Positions 53,388-64,000 of a stretch of DNA of 64,000 bases are shown piece by piece; positions within the stretch are counted from its first letter, which is position 1, and the number at the start of each line of letters is the position of its first letter. The translations under genes and the position numbers were made by a program. The stretch is from positions 10,874 through 74,873 of the forward strand of contig JAQVBE010000009.1 of assembly GCA_028690445.1 (NCBI GenBank), read 5' to 3'. The stretch is from Aliarcobacter sp. GTDB lineage: Bacteria > Campylobacterota > Campylobacteria > Campylobacterales > Arcobacteraceae. The notes under the pieces are model-generated. The model did not search any database, had not been told where the DNA came from, and worked only from the letters and a program-made list of their open reading frames with translations.

Positions 53388-54041
53388 TCAGAGGCTTTTT
53401 ATGTAACTTATTGCACTAAATGCATTAGATTTTATAACATTTGTGTATTTTAGTAACTCCTCTTCTTCTCCATAGCCACATAAAACACCAATTGAATTTA
53501 TATTTGCTTCATTTGCTGCAATTAAATCTAATTTTGTATCTCCAATCATCCAAACTGTATGTTTATTTTTATCATAACTCATTTGTTCAAGTGTAATTAA
53601 AATAGGTTCAGGATGTGGTTTAGGATTTTGAACATTTTCTCTCCCCGTTATTATTTCAAAAAACTGAGCAATATTAAAATATTCTAATAAAGGCATTGTA
53701 TACATTCTTGTTTTTGTAGTCACAACACTAACTCTTGCAAACAAAGAAGCTTCATAAATAGCTTCATAAGCATTTTCTAAAAGTGTAGTTTGCTCTTTTG
53801 AAATAATTTTATATCTATTTTTATAAGCATCAACAAAATCCCAAACTTTTGATTCTTCAACTCCTAATTCTTTATACATAATATCAAGAGGGTAACCAAT
53901 TAGTGACTTAATTGTTTTATCATTGCCTTTGAAATCAAAATTTAGTTCTTTAAACGAGTGATAAAATGTCGAAACGATTGCATCTGTTGAATCTATTAAA
54001 GTTCCATCTAAATCAAAAAGTATTATTTTATTTTTATCCAT
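53388..54041 (-). CDS. HAD-family hydrolase (phosphoglycolate phosphatase-like)
   Basis: FDLDGTLIDS, KPHPEP, MIGD. Confidence 0.9.
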   Translation of the reverse strand: MDKNKIILFDLDGTLIDSTDAIVSTFYHSFKELNFDFKGNDKTIKSLIGYPLDIMYKELGVEESKVWDFVDAYKNRYKIISKEQTTLLENAYEAIYEASLFARVSVVTTKTRMYTMPLLEYFNIAQFFEIITGRENVQNPKPHPEPILITLEQMSYDKNKHTVWMIGDTKLDLIAANEANINSIGVLCGYGEEEELLKYTNVIKSNAFSAISYIKSL

Positions 54042-54068
54042 ATCTTTTATTGTCCTTATATATTGTAT

Positions 54069-55571
54069 TTATTCTTGAATTTCCCAATCTTTTTGATTAT
54101 GCATTATTCCTATAAAAGAAGGTTCGATATTTTTTATATTTTTGTTTACAGCAGATATTGAATCGGGAATATATAAAAATAAATATGGTAAATCATCTGT
54201 TATGATTTTAAAAATATCTTTATAAATTTTTCCTAATTCATTTCTGTTTACTGTGTTGTTCCCTTTTTCAATTAAATTATCAACTTTGTGATTTTCATAA
54301 GAAACAAAATTAAATCCACCTAGTTTGCTACTTGTGCTATGCCAAATAGGATAAGCATCAGGCATTAATGCCATTGACCAACCCAAAAGTACTGCTTCGA
54401 AGTTTCTTGGATGAACAACTGTATTTAAAAATGCTTGCCATTCCATCACTCTAATATTCATTTTTATTCCAGCTTCTTGTAGCTGATATTGTAAAATTAA
54501 AGCTGCATTTATTCGTATATCATTTCCTGTATTTGTTACTACTTCAAAAGAGAAAGGATGATTTTCATCATATCCAGCTTCTTTTAAAAGCTCTTTTGCT
54601 TTCGTAATATCTTGAGTTATAGTTTTGATTTCTTCATTATAAGCAAAAGAATTTGGTAAAAATGGTCCATTACAAACTTTTCCATATCCAAAAAACAAAA
54701 TATCAACTAATTCTTGTCTATCAATCGCTAGAGATAAAGCTTGTCTAATCTTAATATCTTTAAATTTTTCATTTTTTAAATTAAAGCCTAAATAAGAAAA
54801 ACTAAAACTTGGTTTTTGCATTATTGTGTAGTTATTTCTGAAATTATTATCAAGTTGTCTATCAACTTGAATAGGATCTAATCCACCAATATCTAATTTT
54901 TTTTGTTTTAAATATAAAAAAGAAGTATTTGAATCGGGGAGAAATTTATATAAAATTTTATCAATTTTTGGTTTGCCTTCAAAATATTTATCATTGGCAA
55001 GTAATTCAATATCTTGACCTTGTTTAAATTCTTTTAGTTTATATGAACCTGTTCCTATTGGATTTTTATTAAATGAACTTGTCATTAAATCTTTTTCATC
55101 TTTTAAAAGATGATAAGGGAGAATTCCAACCATCCAAGTTTCTAAAGCTTTAAAGTAGGGTTGTTTATATATAACCTCAATTGTATAATCATCCAATGCT
55201 TTTACACTTTGGACTTCTTGAAAATTTGATTTAATAGAATTAAATACTTTTGGATCAATAATCTTTTTATAGGTAAAAACAATATCTTTTGATGTAAGTT
55301 TTACATTATCATGCCAAAGGACATCTTCTCTTAATTTTATTATTAATTTTGTTGGAGTTTCAAAATTATAAGATTTTGCTAATTCAACAGTTGGATTTCC
55401 ATTTTTGTCATATTTAAACAAACCATTAAAAAGCCAATCAGATATTTCGCTACTTGCAGAATCATTTGCCAATATTGGATTTAATCTACTAGGACTTGAA
55501 GACATTGATAAGTTTAAAGTACTTGCGCTTAAATATGTAAGTAGTAATAAGTAATAGGTTAAAAATTTCAT
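54069..55571 (-). CDS. Peptide/nickel ABC transporter substrate-binding protein (family 5)
   Basis: RLNPILANDSAS, PIGTGSYK, YLGFNL; real start MKFLTYY at 55571 because the longer ORF overlaps rpsI. Confidence 0.9.
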   Translation of the reverse strand: MKFLTYYLLLLTYLSASTLNLSMSSSPSRLNPILANDSASSEISDWLFNGLFKYDKNGNPTVELAKSYNFETPTKLIIKLREDVLWHDNVKLTSKDIVFTYKKIIDPKVFNSIKSNFQEVQSVKALDDYTIEVIYKQPYFKALETWMVGILPYHLLKDEKDLMTSSFNKNPIGTGSYKLKEFKQGQDIELLANDKYFEGKPKIDKILYKFLPDSNTSFLYLKQKKLDIGGLDPIQVDRQLDNNFRNNYTIMQKPSFSFSYLGFNLKNEKFKDIKIRQALSLAIDRQELVDILFFGYGKVCNGPFLPNSFAYNEEIKTITQDITKAKELLKEAGYDENHPFSFEVVTNTGNDIRINAALILQYQLQEAGIKMNIRVMEWQAFLNTVVHPRNFEAVLLGWSMALMPDAYPIWHSTSSKLGGFNFVSYENHKVDNLIEKGNNTVNRNELGKIYKDIFKIITDDLPYLFLYIPDSISAVNKNIKNIEPSFIGIMHNQKDWEIQE

Positions 55572-55607
55572 GGAGTATTGTATAGTTTTTTTATAAAAAA
55601 CTGCATA

Positions 55608-55638
55608 AAAAAAGGAGCAACATTGTCGCTCCTTTTTT
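55608..55638 (-). terminator. Intrinsic terminator after rpsI
   Basis: AAAAAAGGAGC...GCTCCTTTTTT hairpin. Confidence 0.8.
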
Positions 55639-55674
55639 GAGAATTGTAAGAAATATACTCTTTGAAAATTCCAA

Positions 55675-56064
55675 TTATCTTTTTGAGAATTGAGAAGATT
55701 TTCTTGCTTTTTTCTTTCCGAATTTTTTTCTTTCAACAGATCTTGAATCTCTTGTTAATAAACCATAAGGTTTTAAGATAGCTCTAAATTGTTCATCAAA
55801 AGCAACTAATGCTCTTGAAATACCATGTCTAGCAGCATCAGCTTGAGCTGAATAACCACCACCAAGAGTTTTTACAATAATGTTTACAGAAGTTTCTTGT
55901 TTAGCAACGTTTAATGGTTGCATAACTCTTTTTTTGATTGATTCATGTCCACCTAACCAAGCGTCAAGAGTTTGACCATTGATTGTTAATTGACCGTTAC
56001 CATTTTCTAGCCATACTTTTGCTACAGCTGTTTTTCTTCTTCCAGTTGCATATACTTTTGCCAT
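55675..56064 (-). CDS. rpsI: 30S ribosomal protein S9
   Basis: [34 protein letters not shown]. Confidence 0.99.
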   Translation of the reverse strand: MAKVYATGRRKTAVAKVWLENGNGQLTINGQTLDAWLGGHESIKKRVMQPLNVAKQETSVNIIVKTLGGGYSAQADAARHGISRALVAFDEQFRAILKPYGLLTRDSRSVERKKFGKKKARKSSQFSKR

Positions 56065-56069
56065 TACTC

Positions 56070-56489
56070 TTATCCTTTAATTTGCGCAGTATGAGGATGT
56101 TCACTTCCTGCATATACTTTTAATTTTTTTAACATACCTTTTCCAAGAGTTGTTTTTGGAAGCATACCTCTAGTAGCTAGTTTGTATAATTTTTCTGGAT
56201 TTTTTTCAAACATTTCAGACATTTTATGAGTTTTTGTACTACCAAAATAACCTGAGTGTGTAAAGTAATTTTTACTTTCTAATTTTTTACCAGAAAATCT
56301 TGCTTTTGATGCATTTATAATTACAACAAAATCTCCGCAGTCTACATTTGGTGTAAAACAAGGTTTGTTTTTCCCTCTTAAGATAGTAGCAACTTCTGTA
56401 ATAATTCTTCCGAATACTTTATCAGTTGCATCAACTACTATCCAATCTCTTTCGATTTCGTTAGCATGTGCCATTTGAGTAAATTTCAT
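56070..56489 (-). CDS. rplM: 50S ribosomal protein L13
   Basis: [31 protein letters not shown]. Confidence 0.99.
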   Translation of the reverse strand: MKFTQMAHANEIERDWIVVDATDKVFGRIITEVATILRGKNKPCFTPNVDCGDFVVIINASKARFSGKKLESKNYFTHSGYFGSTKTHKMSEMFEKNPEKLYKLATRGMLPKTTLGKGMLKKLKVYAGSEHPHTAQIKG

Positions 56490-56564
56490 TTATTTTCTCC
56501 GCTTTTTTAATGAGGTGAAATAATAGTGTACTAATTATTAATTTATGCTTAAATTAAGTGTATA

Positions 56565-57950
56565 TTAATAATTTATTGAAAATTGTGAACCATTTTTAAA
56601 TTCAGAGTCTATTTTTAGGGTGAAGTTATGTAATGATAGAACAGATTGGACTATGAAAAGTCCCAATCCAAGAGAGTTATTCCACCCATTATTTGAAATT
56701 CTATAAAATTTTTGGTTAATTTTTTCTAACTCTTTTTCTTCAATTCCAATACCTTTATCTATAACACAAATAGAATTTTGTGAAATATTTACAATTATTT
56801 CATCTTCTGAGTATTTTAAAGCATTTTCAATTAAATTAGAAATTGCCATAGAAATCAATGTCTCATCAACTTTTAGTGTTATATCATCACCTTGAATTAA
56901 AATTTCTCTATTTTTATATTTATCTTTTAAATCACTAATACAAGTAATAATTAGTTTTTTCATCGAACAAGGTATTAAAATAAGTTCTTGTTTTCCTTCT
57001 TCTAATTTTAGAGTTAATCTCAATTTATCTACAATATGAGACATTTTATTGGCATTTGAATAAATCTTTTTTAGAAACCTAATTTTCATAGGTTGTGGCA
57101 TTTGTTCATCATTTAAAATTGTTTCAGTATATCCTGAAATTATTGCAATAGGATTTTTAAATTCATGGGAAATAGCAGAGATTATTTCATCTTTTTGTTT
57201 GTTTGCGATTTTTAATTTTGCGTTTTGTTTTGCTTTTTGCTTTTCTCTTTTTGAAAGTTTAATAGCAACTTTATTTAATAATTTTGAAATTTTATAAAAC
57301 TCATAAGTATAATTCGAATTTAAAATAAAAGAAGGCTTTTTATGAGCTAATAAAGTTAAAAAATGAAGAATATTATCTGTTTCTTTTTTGACTCTAATAC
57401 TAATAAAATATGTAGCTAAAAAGGCAATAATTAAAAAAAATGTTATGAATAAAAAAATTCCAAAGGTAAGAGTTATAAAATTATCGGTGATAATACTTAT
57501 ATAATCAGCCATTCTTATGTAATAAATTTTGTTTGAAATAGTTATTTTTTTTGCAATATATAATAATTCTTTATTTATAGTTTCAGATTTTCTAGTATCT
57601 TTTCCTATGATATTATTTTTTGCTTCTATTATCTCTTTTCTATGTAAATGATTTTTAATTTGCGATAATTCTTTATCGCTATCTGCAATAACAACTCCAA
57701 ATTCATCAATAATCGTGATTCTAAGTTTTAGTTTTTCATGTAATTCATGGATTATTTCAGAGGTATTTCCTAGATTATCTTCATTTTTAAAAACAATAGA
57801 TAAAGTCTCAATATTTTGAAGTAGATTTTTTTCAACTTGATTTATATAAATATTTTTTGACCAAAAATAAGTAATAATACTTAAGGTTAGAAGAATAACT
57901 AAGAATATTGCAATATATGTTCTAAGAAAAAGTTGATGAATCTTTAGCAA
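56565..57950 (-). CDS. Sensor histidine kinase (PhoR-like by context)
   Basis: ISHEFKNP, NLIENALKYS, DKGIGI, LGLGL; end of the pst/phoU cluster. Confidence 0.88.
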   Translation of the reverse strand: MLKIHQLFLRTYIAIFLVILLTLSIITYFWSKNIYINQVEKNLLQNIETLSIVFKNEDNLGNTSEIIHELHEKLKLRITIIDEFGVVIADSDKELSQIKNHLHRKEIIEAKNNIIGKDTRKSETINKELLYIAKKITISNKIYYIRMADYISIITDNFITLTFGIFLFITFFLIIAFLATYFISIRVKKETDNILHFLTLLAHKKPSFILNSNYTYEFYKISKLLNKVAIKLSKREKQKAKQNAKLKIANKQKDEIISAISHEFKNPIAIISGYTETILNDEQMPQPMKIRFLKKIYSNANKMSHIVDKLRLTLKLEEGKQELILIPCSMKKLIITCISDLKDKYKNREILIQGDDITLKVDETLISMAISNLIENALKYSEDEIIVNISQNSICVIDKGIGIEEKELEKINQKFYRISNNGWNNSLGLGLFIVQSVLSLHNFTLKIDSEFKNGSQFSINY

Positions 57951-58618
57951 AAAATATAACCTTCCCCTCTAATTGAACGAATATACTCTTTTTTTGCATT
58001 TGGGTCTATTTTTGTTTTTAATCTTTTGATGGCAACATTTACAGTTTTTTCTTTTTTTTCAAATGAGTCTTGCCAAACGCTATTTAATAAATGTTCTCTT
58101 GAAAGTAAAATATCTTTATTTTTAATAAATTCAAGTAATAAATCATGTTCCAAATGAGTTAATTCTATTTCTTTATTATCAATGTAAAACTTTTTATTTG
58201 AAGATTTATAAATAATATCTTTTACTTTTAAAACATCCACTTCTTTTGAACTTCTTTTTATAACTGCTTTTATTCTTGCACATAACTCTTTTATATTAAA
58301 AGGTTTAGTAATATAATCATCTGCATAATTATCAAATCCATCAATAATATCTTCATCTTTATCTTTAGCAGTTACATAAATAACAGGATTTGCATAACCT
58401 TGTTGTTTTATTTCACTTATAAATGAAGTTCCTTCAATCCCTGGAAGATTTCTATCCATTAAAATTAAATCAATTTGTTCTTCATTTAAAATATTTCTTA
58501 CATTTTTATCAATTTTTAAAAAACCAATTGTTTCATAACCTTCTTTTTGAAGGGTGTATTCAAGAAGCTCTAAAATATCTTCTTCATCTTCAACGATTAA
58601 AATTAATTTATTATTCAT
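57944..58618 (-). CDS. OmpR/PhoB-family response regulator
   Basis: LIVEDE, LMDRNLPG, DDYITKPF, SIRGEGY. Confidence 0.92.
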   Translation of the reverse strand: MNNKLILIVEDEEDILELLEYTLQKEGYETIGFLKIDKNVRNILNEEQIDLILMDRNLPGIEGTSFISEIKQQGYANPVIYVTAKDKDEDIIDGFDNYADDYITKPFNIKELCARIKAVIKRSSKEVDVLKVKDIIYKSSNKKFYIDNKEIELTHLEHDLLLEFIKNKDILLSREHLLNSVWQDSFEKKEKTVNVAIKRLKTKIDPNAKKEYIRSIRGEGYIFC

Positions 58619-59060
58619 CAGAATTTGACTCTTTTGTTGTTATAACTTTTTTATTTGGTCTTTCATCTTCATATTCAATCACTGTATCTTTTGATATTTT
58701 TATAATCCCAGGTGAAAATTTAATAGCCATAATTCTGAATATAAAAAATACAAAAATCACAAAAAGTAAAAATGAAATATCAAAATAATCCCTATTTTTA
58801 TTTGTTGTTAAAATAATTACATCACGAATTAAGAATATGACAAAAATATCAATTACATATCTAAGTCGTAAAGTCTCTTTTTTGATAAAATCAGAGACCA
58901 TTTTTACAACTTCCATGATAACTATAAACTCTAACATAAGAATAATTGCTTTATAAAAGTCAATACTAGAAATTAATACGATTAGTAAAATAACTGCTGC
59001 GGCAAGGACTTCAAAATTAGTACTGAAGTAGTTTTTGATTTTATTTATAGCTTTTTTCAT
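58611..59060 (-). CDS. Phosphate-starvation-inducible PsiE-family membrane protein
   Basis: LEFIVIMEV, LRYVIDIFVIFLIRDV; context. Confidence 0.75.
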   Translation of the reverse strand: MKKAINKIKNYFSTNFEVLAAAVILLIVLISSIDFYKAIILMLEFIVIMEVVKMVSDFIKKETLRLRYVIDIFVIFLIRDVIILTTNKNRDYFDISFLLFVIFVFFIFRIMAIKFSPGIIKISKDTVIEYEDERPNKKVITTKESNSDE

Positions 59061-59081
59061 GCAAAAAGTATATCATAAATA

Positions 59082-59750
59082 TTATGATTGTACTATATCT
59101 CCACCAACTTGAGCAAAGTGAAGTAGATTAGCTATTGAAACAGCTCTGTCTGCAATTTTTTCAAGTCTTCTTAATGCACTTAATATATCAAAATACTCTT
59201 TTGATAAATCAAGATTTTTAGATATTAATTTTAGAATATTTTTTTCTATCATTAAATATAAATCATCAGTTTTACTCTCTTCAACCATAACTCTATGATA
59301 TTTTTCTTCAATATGGTTTGCATTTGTCTCATTAAGTATTGAAATAGATGTTTGAAGAGATAAAAGAGCTGATCTTAATAGTGGAATAGCATACTCTAAA
59401 ATCATATTTGTATTTAAATCTTCTGAATAAGATTTTTTGAACATTTTTGCAAAATCTTTTGCATTTGAACCTGTTCTTACTAATTCATTTGTAATTTTTA
59501 AGTAAGAAACCAACTGTCTTAAGTCTTTTGCTTCAGGTGAATATAAAGCTAATGTTGTAACAATTATATTATCAATCTCATTTGATCTTAACAATAATTT
59601 TTTTTCTGTTAAATCAACATTTTTTAAATTATCAATTTTTTTATCTTCTAAAGCTCTTAAAGATAATTCTAGTGAATTAACAACATCAATACCAATTTTT
59701 GATATCTCTTCTTTTATATTTTGTAATTTTATTTCGTATGGTCTTAACAT
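59082..59750 (-). CDS. phoU: Phosphate signalling protein PhoU
   Basis: PEAKDLR, DDLY, LEKIADRAVSIA. Confidence 0.92.
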   Translation of the reverse strand: MLRPYEIKLQNIKEEISKIGIDVVNSLELSLRALEDKKIDNLKNVDLTEKKLLLRSNEIDNIIVTTLALYSPEAKDLRQLVSYLKITNELVRTGSNAKDFAKMFKKSYSEDLNTNMILEYAIPLLRSALLSLQTSISILNETNANHIEEKYHRVMVEESKTDDLYLMIEKNILKLISKNLDLSKEYFDILSALRRLEKIADRAVSIANLLHFAQVGGDIVQS

Positions 59751-60544
59751 TATCCGAACCTTCCTGTAATATAATCTTCTGTTTTTTTATTGTGTGGGTT
59801 AACAAAAATAGTTTGTGTTTCATCATATTCAATTAGTTTTCCCAAGTGAAAAAATGCTGTATAATCAGCCACTCGTGCAGCTTGTTGCATATTATGAGTT
59901 ACAGTTATGATTGTATAATCTTGTTTTAATTCAAGCATTAATGCTTCAATTTTTTCTGTTGAAATTGGATCCAATGCACTTGTTGGTTCATCCATTAAAA
60001 TAACTTCTGGTTTAATAGCAATGGTTCTTGCAATACAAAGTCTTTGTTGTTGTCCTCCTGAAAGTGAAGTCCCTGGTTGGTTTAATTTATCTTTTACCTC
60101 ATTCCAAAGTCCAGATTTAATAAGTGAAAGTTCAACTAACTCATCACAATCTCTTCCTTTTTTTACGATTCCATGTTTTAGTGGAGCATAAGCTACATTG
60201 TCATAAATTGATTTTGGAAAAGGATTTGGTTGCTGAAAAACCATTCCAATTTTTTTTCTAACACTTACTTCGTCTACATCTTTGTCATAAATATTTTTAT
60301 TATCAATTACGATTGAACCATCAATCTTTACTATTGGAATCAAATCATTCATTCTATTTATACATCTTAAAAATGTAGATTTTCCACAACCAGATGGTCC
60401 AATAAGTGCTGTGATTTTATTTTCATATAAATTTGCAGTAATATCAAAAAGTGCTTGATTTACTCCATAATATAAGTTCAGATTTTTTACGGCTATTTTT
60501 GTTTTGTTATCATTTTCTATCATTATTTTTCCCCTTATTACCAT
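59750..60544 (-). CDS. pstB: Phosphate ABC transporter ATP-binding protein
   Basis: [41 protein letters not shown]; probable start at MIEND. Confidence 0.97.
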   Translation of the reverse strand: MVIRGKIMIENDNKTKIAVKNLNLYYGVNQALFDITANLYENKITALIGPSGCGKSTFLRCINRMNDLIPIVKIDGSIVIDNKNIYDKDVDEVSVRKKIGMVFQQPNPFPKSIYDNVAYAPLKHGIVKKGRDCDELVELSLIKSGLWNEVKDKLNQPGTSLSGGQQQRLCIARTIAIKPEVILMDEPTSALDPISTEKIEALMLELKQDYTIITVTHNMQQAARVADYTAFFHLGKLIEYDETQTIFVNPHNKKTEDYITGRFG

Positions 60545-61725
60545 TTTACTTCGAATTTTTTTCGCAAAATTATTGCAACTGTATTTAATGAAATTAGAAT
60601 TGTTAATAACACCACAATTCCTGCTGCTGTTTTTTCTATATACATTCCCTCAGGCATTCCAGCCCAAGTAAATAACTGTGCTGGCATAACAGTTGCAGCT
60701 TGAGTTACCATTGATGGTGCATCAGGAATAAAGGCAATCATTCCTATGATAATTAATGGAGCTGTTTCTCCCATTGCATGAGCCAAACCTATAATCGAAC
60801 CTGTTAATACCCCTGGAAATGCAAGTGGTAAAACATGGTCTTTTGTAACTTGAATTTTATTAAGTCCCAAACCATAACCTGCTTGTCTGATACTATCAGG
60901 TACGGCTCGAAGAGCTGCTCTTGAACTTACTATTATAATAGGTAAAGTCATAAGTGCAAGGGTTAAACCCCCAACTAAGGGAGAACTTCGTGGCATTCCA
61001 AATAGATTTATAAATATAGCAAGTCCTAAAAGACCAAATAAAATAGAAGGAATTGCTGCTAAATTATTGATATTTATTTCTATAAATCTTGTAAATTTAT
61101 TATCCTCTGCAAACTCTTCTAAATAAATTGCAGTCATTACTCCAATTGGAAAAGCCACAATCATAGTAATTATCAAAGTAAGAACCGAACCAATTATTGC
61201 CGAATAAAGACCTGCATATTCGGGGATTTTTGAATCACCTTTTGTAAAGAAAATTGCATTAAATTTATTTTTAATTAATCCTTGAGAAAGTAACTCTTCT
61301 ACAAAAGTTATTTCATTTTCTTTTAGTTTATTATGGTGACCTTTTAAATATTGATCAACTTGATCATCTGCTAAAACCCAAGTAGTTATGGTCGTATTCA
61401 TAAAATTTGGGTTGTTTTTAATCAATAATGGTATATCTCTAAGCCATGCTCTTGAAACTAAATCTCTATACTTCTTATCAACTGCAAATCTTGTATCGTT
61501 TAAAGATTTTTCATTAAACGTAACTTCTGTTTGAATGTAAGCTATTTTAAAAGCTGGAATTGCTTTTCCGACAATATCAAATAAGAAAAATGACAAAAAG
61601 GCAATAGAAAAAATCAATGAAGTTAATGTAAACTTTTTAAATCTAGCTGCACTTGCATGTCTTTTTCTTAGTGTTGAATCATAAAATGGATTATTGTTTT
61701 GTTTATCTTTTTTTCTTTTAATCAT
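60538..61725 (-). CDS. pstA: Phosphate ABC transporter permease
   Basis: [25 protein letters not shown]. Confidence 0.95.
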   Translation of the reverse strand: MIKRKKDKQNNNPFYDSTLRKRHASAARFKKFTLTSLIFSIAFLSFFLFDIVGKAIPAFKIAYIQTEVTFNEKSLNDTRFAVDKKYRDLVSRAWLRDIPLLIKNNPNFMNTTITTWVLADDQVDQYLKGHHNKLKENEITFVEELLSQGLIKNKFNAIFFTKGDSKIPEYAGLYSAIIGSVLTLIITMIVAFPIGVMTAIYLEEFAEDNKFTRFIEININNLAAIPSILFGLLGLAIFINLFGMPRSSPLVGGLTLALMTLPIIIVSSRAALRAVPDSIRQAGYGLGLNKIQVTKDHVLPLAFPGVLTGSIIGLAHAMGETAPLIIIGMIAFIPDAPSMVTQAATVMPAQLFTWAGMPEGMYIEKTAAGIVVLLTILISLNTVAIILRKKFEVKW

Positions 61726-62651
61726 AATGTGTTCACTTTATATTTTTCTTTGAATTTTCTAATAAGAGATAATGAAATCATATTTAGAATCAAGGTCACT
61801 ATAAATAAAATTAATCCCAATGCAAAAGCAGAAAGTGTTTCTGGTGAATTAAACTCAAAATCTCCAACAAGTGAATTAACAATCGTAACAGTAACTGTTG
61901 TCATATCTTCAAGTGGATTCCAAGATAAATTTGGTCGTAAACCAGCTGCCATAACAACAATCATAGTTTCACCCAAAGCTTTTGAAAGTCCAAGTAATGA
62001 AGCTGAAATAATTCCAGGCATCGCCGAGGGTAAAACTATATTTTTGATAGTTTCCCCATGTGTCATTCCAAGTGCAAAAGCCGCTTTTCTTTGAGAATCA
62101 GGAACTGCACGAATCACATCATCAGATAGTGATGAAATAACAGGAATAATCATAATTCCCATTACAACACCAGATGCAAGGGCTGAATTAAAAGTAGCTT
62201 CAAGACCAAAAAACTCTGCAATTTGTACAACCAAAGGAGCCACTGTAATTGCTGCAAAAAAACCATAAACAACAGTTGGAATACCAGCTAATATTTCTAA
62301 TAAAGGTTTTAAATAATCTCTTACCGTTGCACTTGCATATTCACTCATATAAATCGCACTCCCTAAACCAATAGGAATAGCAACACCTAATGCAATTATT
62401 GTTATTACAAATGTTCCTGCAAATATTGGTAATGCACCAAACTGACTTCCTATCACTCCTGGTGACCATGTAGCTCCTGTTATGAAATACCAAAAACTTC
62501 TCAATTTAAAAAACTCTATTGCTTCAAAAAGAATTGAAAATAAAATTCCAAATGTAGTTAAAATTGAGATAATGGCAGCACTAATTAAAGCTAATTTAAT
62601 TAGTTTTTCATTTACTTCTCTACTTCTTTTTCTTGATTCAAAAGTACTCAA
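61722..62651 (-). CDS. pstC: Phosphate ABC transporter permease
   Basis: EILAGIPTVVYGFF, GETMIVVMAAG; TTG start. Confidence 0.95.
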   Translation of the reverse strand: MSTFESRKRSREVNEKLIKLALISAAIISILTTFGILFSILFEAIEFFKLRSFWYFITGATWSPGVIGSQFGALPIFAGTFVITIIALGVAIPIGLGSAIYMSEYASATVRDYLKPLLEILAGIPTVVYGFFAAITVAPLVVQIAEFFGLEATFNSALASGVVMGIMIIPVISSLSDDVIRAVPDSQRKAAFALGMTHGETIKNIVLPSAMPGIISASLLGLSKALGETMIVVMAAGLRPNLSWNPLEDMTTVTVTIVNSLVGDFEFNSPETLSAFALGLILFIVTLILNMISLSLIRKFKEKYKVNTL

Positions 62652-62698
62652 AACTTTTGCCTTTATAATTAATTTATATGAAATTTTAAATAAAAATA

Positions 62699-62715
62699 GT
62701 TACATGATGGTTACA
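62699..62715 (-). promoter_or_regulatory. Candidate Pho box upstream of pstC
   Basis: GTTACA-tgatg-GTTACA direct repeat with 11-bp period. Confidence 0.6.
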
Positions 62716-62731
62716 AGAAGTATAAAAAAGT

Positions 62732-64000
62732 TTATAAGATACTAGAAATAGGTTTGCTTGAGCCTTTTGAAGCTTTTTTTAATATATTTAAAGTACTATC
62801 AAAATTAGAGATATTTGATTTGGAATTTATTTCAATAATAGCAGATGCTACGGATAATAAATTAAAACTTCTTTCAATATTAAATCTATCTTTTGCAATT
62901 AAAAGACCTTTTTCTTTATCTTTTTTTGAGTATAGATTTTCAACAGAATTTTTAAATTCTATTTGAACTTTATTCGTTAAATCAAAAACCTTTCCAAATT
63001 CATGATTTCTTAGGCCAACAAAAAAATCATCTCCACCAATATGTGCTATAAATGAATCTTTTGGGTATCTTTTTTGTAAAAGTTCAGAAAAAATTAAAAT
63101 AGCTCTATCTCCCAATCTAAATCCATAAATATCATTAAATGGTTTAAAATCATTAAAATCAAAATAGATTATATGAGTAGTATTTTTTTGATTTTCTCTT
63201 AGAGTTTTTTCTATAAATTTCTCTATTTGATTATTTCCTGGAAGTTTTGTTAATGGATTTTGATTTGTTGCTATTTCTATATTCCTTTTATATGAAAGGG
63301 TTAAAAGTGAATTTAGATTTATAAAACCTCTATACTTATTTGATTGTGTAATAAATATTCCTAAAGCATCTTTTGAATTTTGGTTATACATTTCAAGTAT
63401 TTTATCAATTCCCCAAGATATTTCAACACATAAAGAAGGTTTTAGATATTTCATTAAGCTAGAAGAAAAAGTTTTATTTTGAGCAAGTGATAATCCATAT
63501 TGAGAATAAGATATTTTTTTTATATCTGCTTCATAAATAATTCCTAAGAAATTATCATATTCATCAACTATTGGAACAAAATTGTTTTTTGTTGATTCCT
63601 TAAAATGTACAAAAAGTTCATATAAAGAACTATTTATACTAAGTGCAATAATTGGCTCAATAAATTCTTCATCAATTGTTGCATTTGGATTATTTCTTTT
63701 ATCTTCATTGATTAAAGTTATAATATCGTTGTAACTACTTTTTATTTCATTTGTTTCAACTGTTGGTTTTTGCACTAAATATCCTTGAATAAAATCAGCT
63801 CCAATATCTTTACAAGTATAAAACTCTTTTACTGTTTCAATTCCCTCTGCAATTACTTGCATTCCCATAATATGCGCCATTTCTATAATTGAAGAACAAA
63901 AAAGTTTTTTCTTTGAATCTTGGTCTATATTTGATATAAAAAATCTGTCAAGTTTTATGATTTGTGCTTCACTAAAATATAATAATTTAAGACCAGAAAC
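62732..64000 (-). CDS. EAL-CBS-GGDEF c-di-GMP protein (5' end beyond the window)
   Basis: Frame is open to the window edge (IIKLDRFFI, VIAEGIET, FIQGY); CBS-like region; NPLTKLPGN, HIGGDDF. Confidence 0.88.
   Translation of the reverse strand, partial: VSGLKLLYFSEAQIIKLDRFFISNIDQDSKKKLFCSSIIEMAHIMGMQVIAEGIETVKEFYTCKDIGADFIQGYLVQKPTVETNEIKSSYNDIITLINEDKRNNPNATIDEEFIEPIIALSINSSLYELFVHFKESTKNNFVPIVDEYDNFLGIIYEADIKKISYSQYGLSLAQNKTFSSSLMKYLKPSLCVEISWGIDKILEMYNQNSKDALGIFITQSNKYRGFINLNSLLTLSYKRNIEIATNQNPLTKLPGNNQIEKFIEKTLRENQKNTTHIIYFDFNDFKPFNDIYGFRLGDRAILIFSELLQKRYPKDSFIAHIGGDDFFVGLRNHEFGKVFDLTNKVQIEFKNSVENLYSKKDKEKGLLIAKDRFNIERSFNLLSVASAIIEINSKSNISNFDSTLNILKKASKGSSKPISSIL

Noticed and set aside
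55572-55736. Apparent 55-aa N-terminal extension of the peptide-binding protein
   Set aside because: Overlaps rpsI and its terminator; a signal-peptide start is available at 55571
56529-56540. TACTAATTATTA (11/12 match to the MarR palindrome) upstream of rplM
   Set aside because: Breaks the palindrome, lies in very AT-rich DNA and has no functional rationale; likely chance

Overview
AT-rich chromosomal window from a Campylobacterota bacterium. Gene content and order (ispDF-regulator-pgpA, DUF507, porGDAB, metH, kup, pst/pho) point to Arcobacter/Aliarcobacter. Most of it is housekeeping backbone, with three accessory-looking parts. (1) Positions 1-~5165 are one end of an integrative element with three overlapping minus-strand genes: a tyrosine recombinase with all catalytic motifs, a 972-aa degenerate recombinase-like protein with five N-terminal ~64-aa repeats, and a third gene that runs off the window. 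The element has inserted at about codon 42 of a pirin gene, the last gene of a marR-yceI-dioxygenase-pirin cluster; the ORF track missed both this fragment and the third gene. The layout resembles the intA-CDS2-intB-srap core of strand-biased circularizing integrative elements (SEs), which I know only from Gammaproteobacteria. (2) A nosR-nosX-like pair without other nos genes lies at 19.1-22.1 kb and shows possible small lesions. (3) An integrase-free islet at 45.3-49.8 kb holds an XRE regulator with twin operators, a small exported protein, a DUF805-SHOCT-LprI-like fusion and a GmrSD-like nuclease. Candidate operators (MarR, XRE, Pho box) were read directly from the sequence. I found no rRNA, tRNA or CRISPR array. 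All family assignments come from motif recognition, not database searches.
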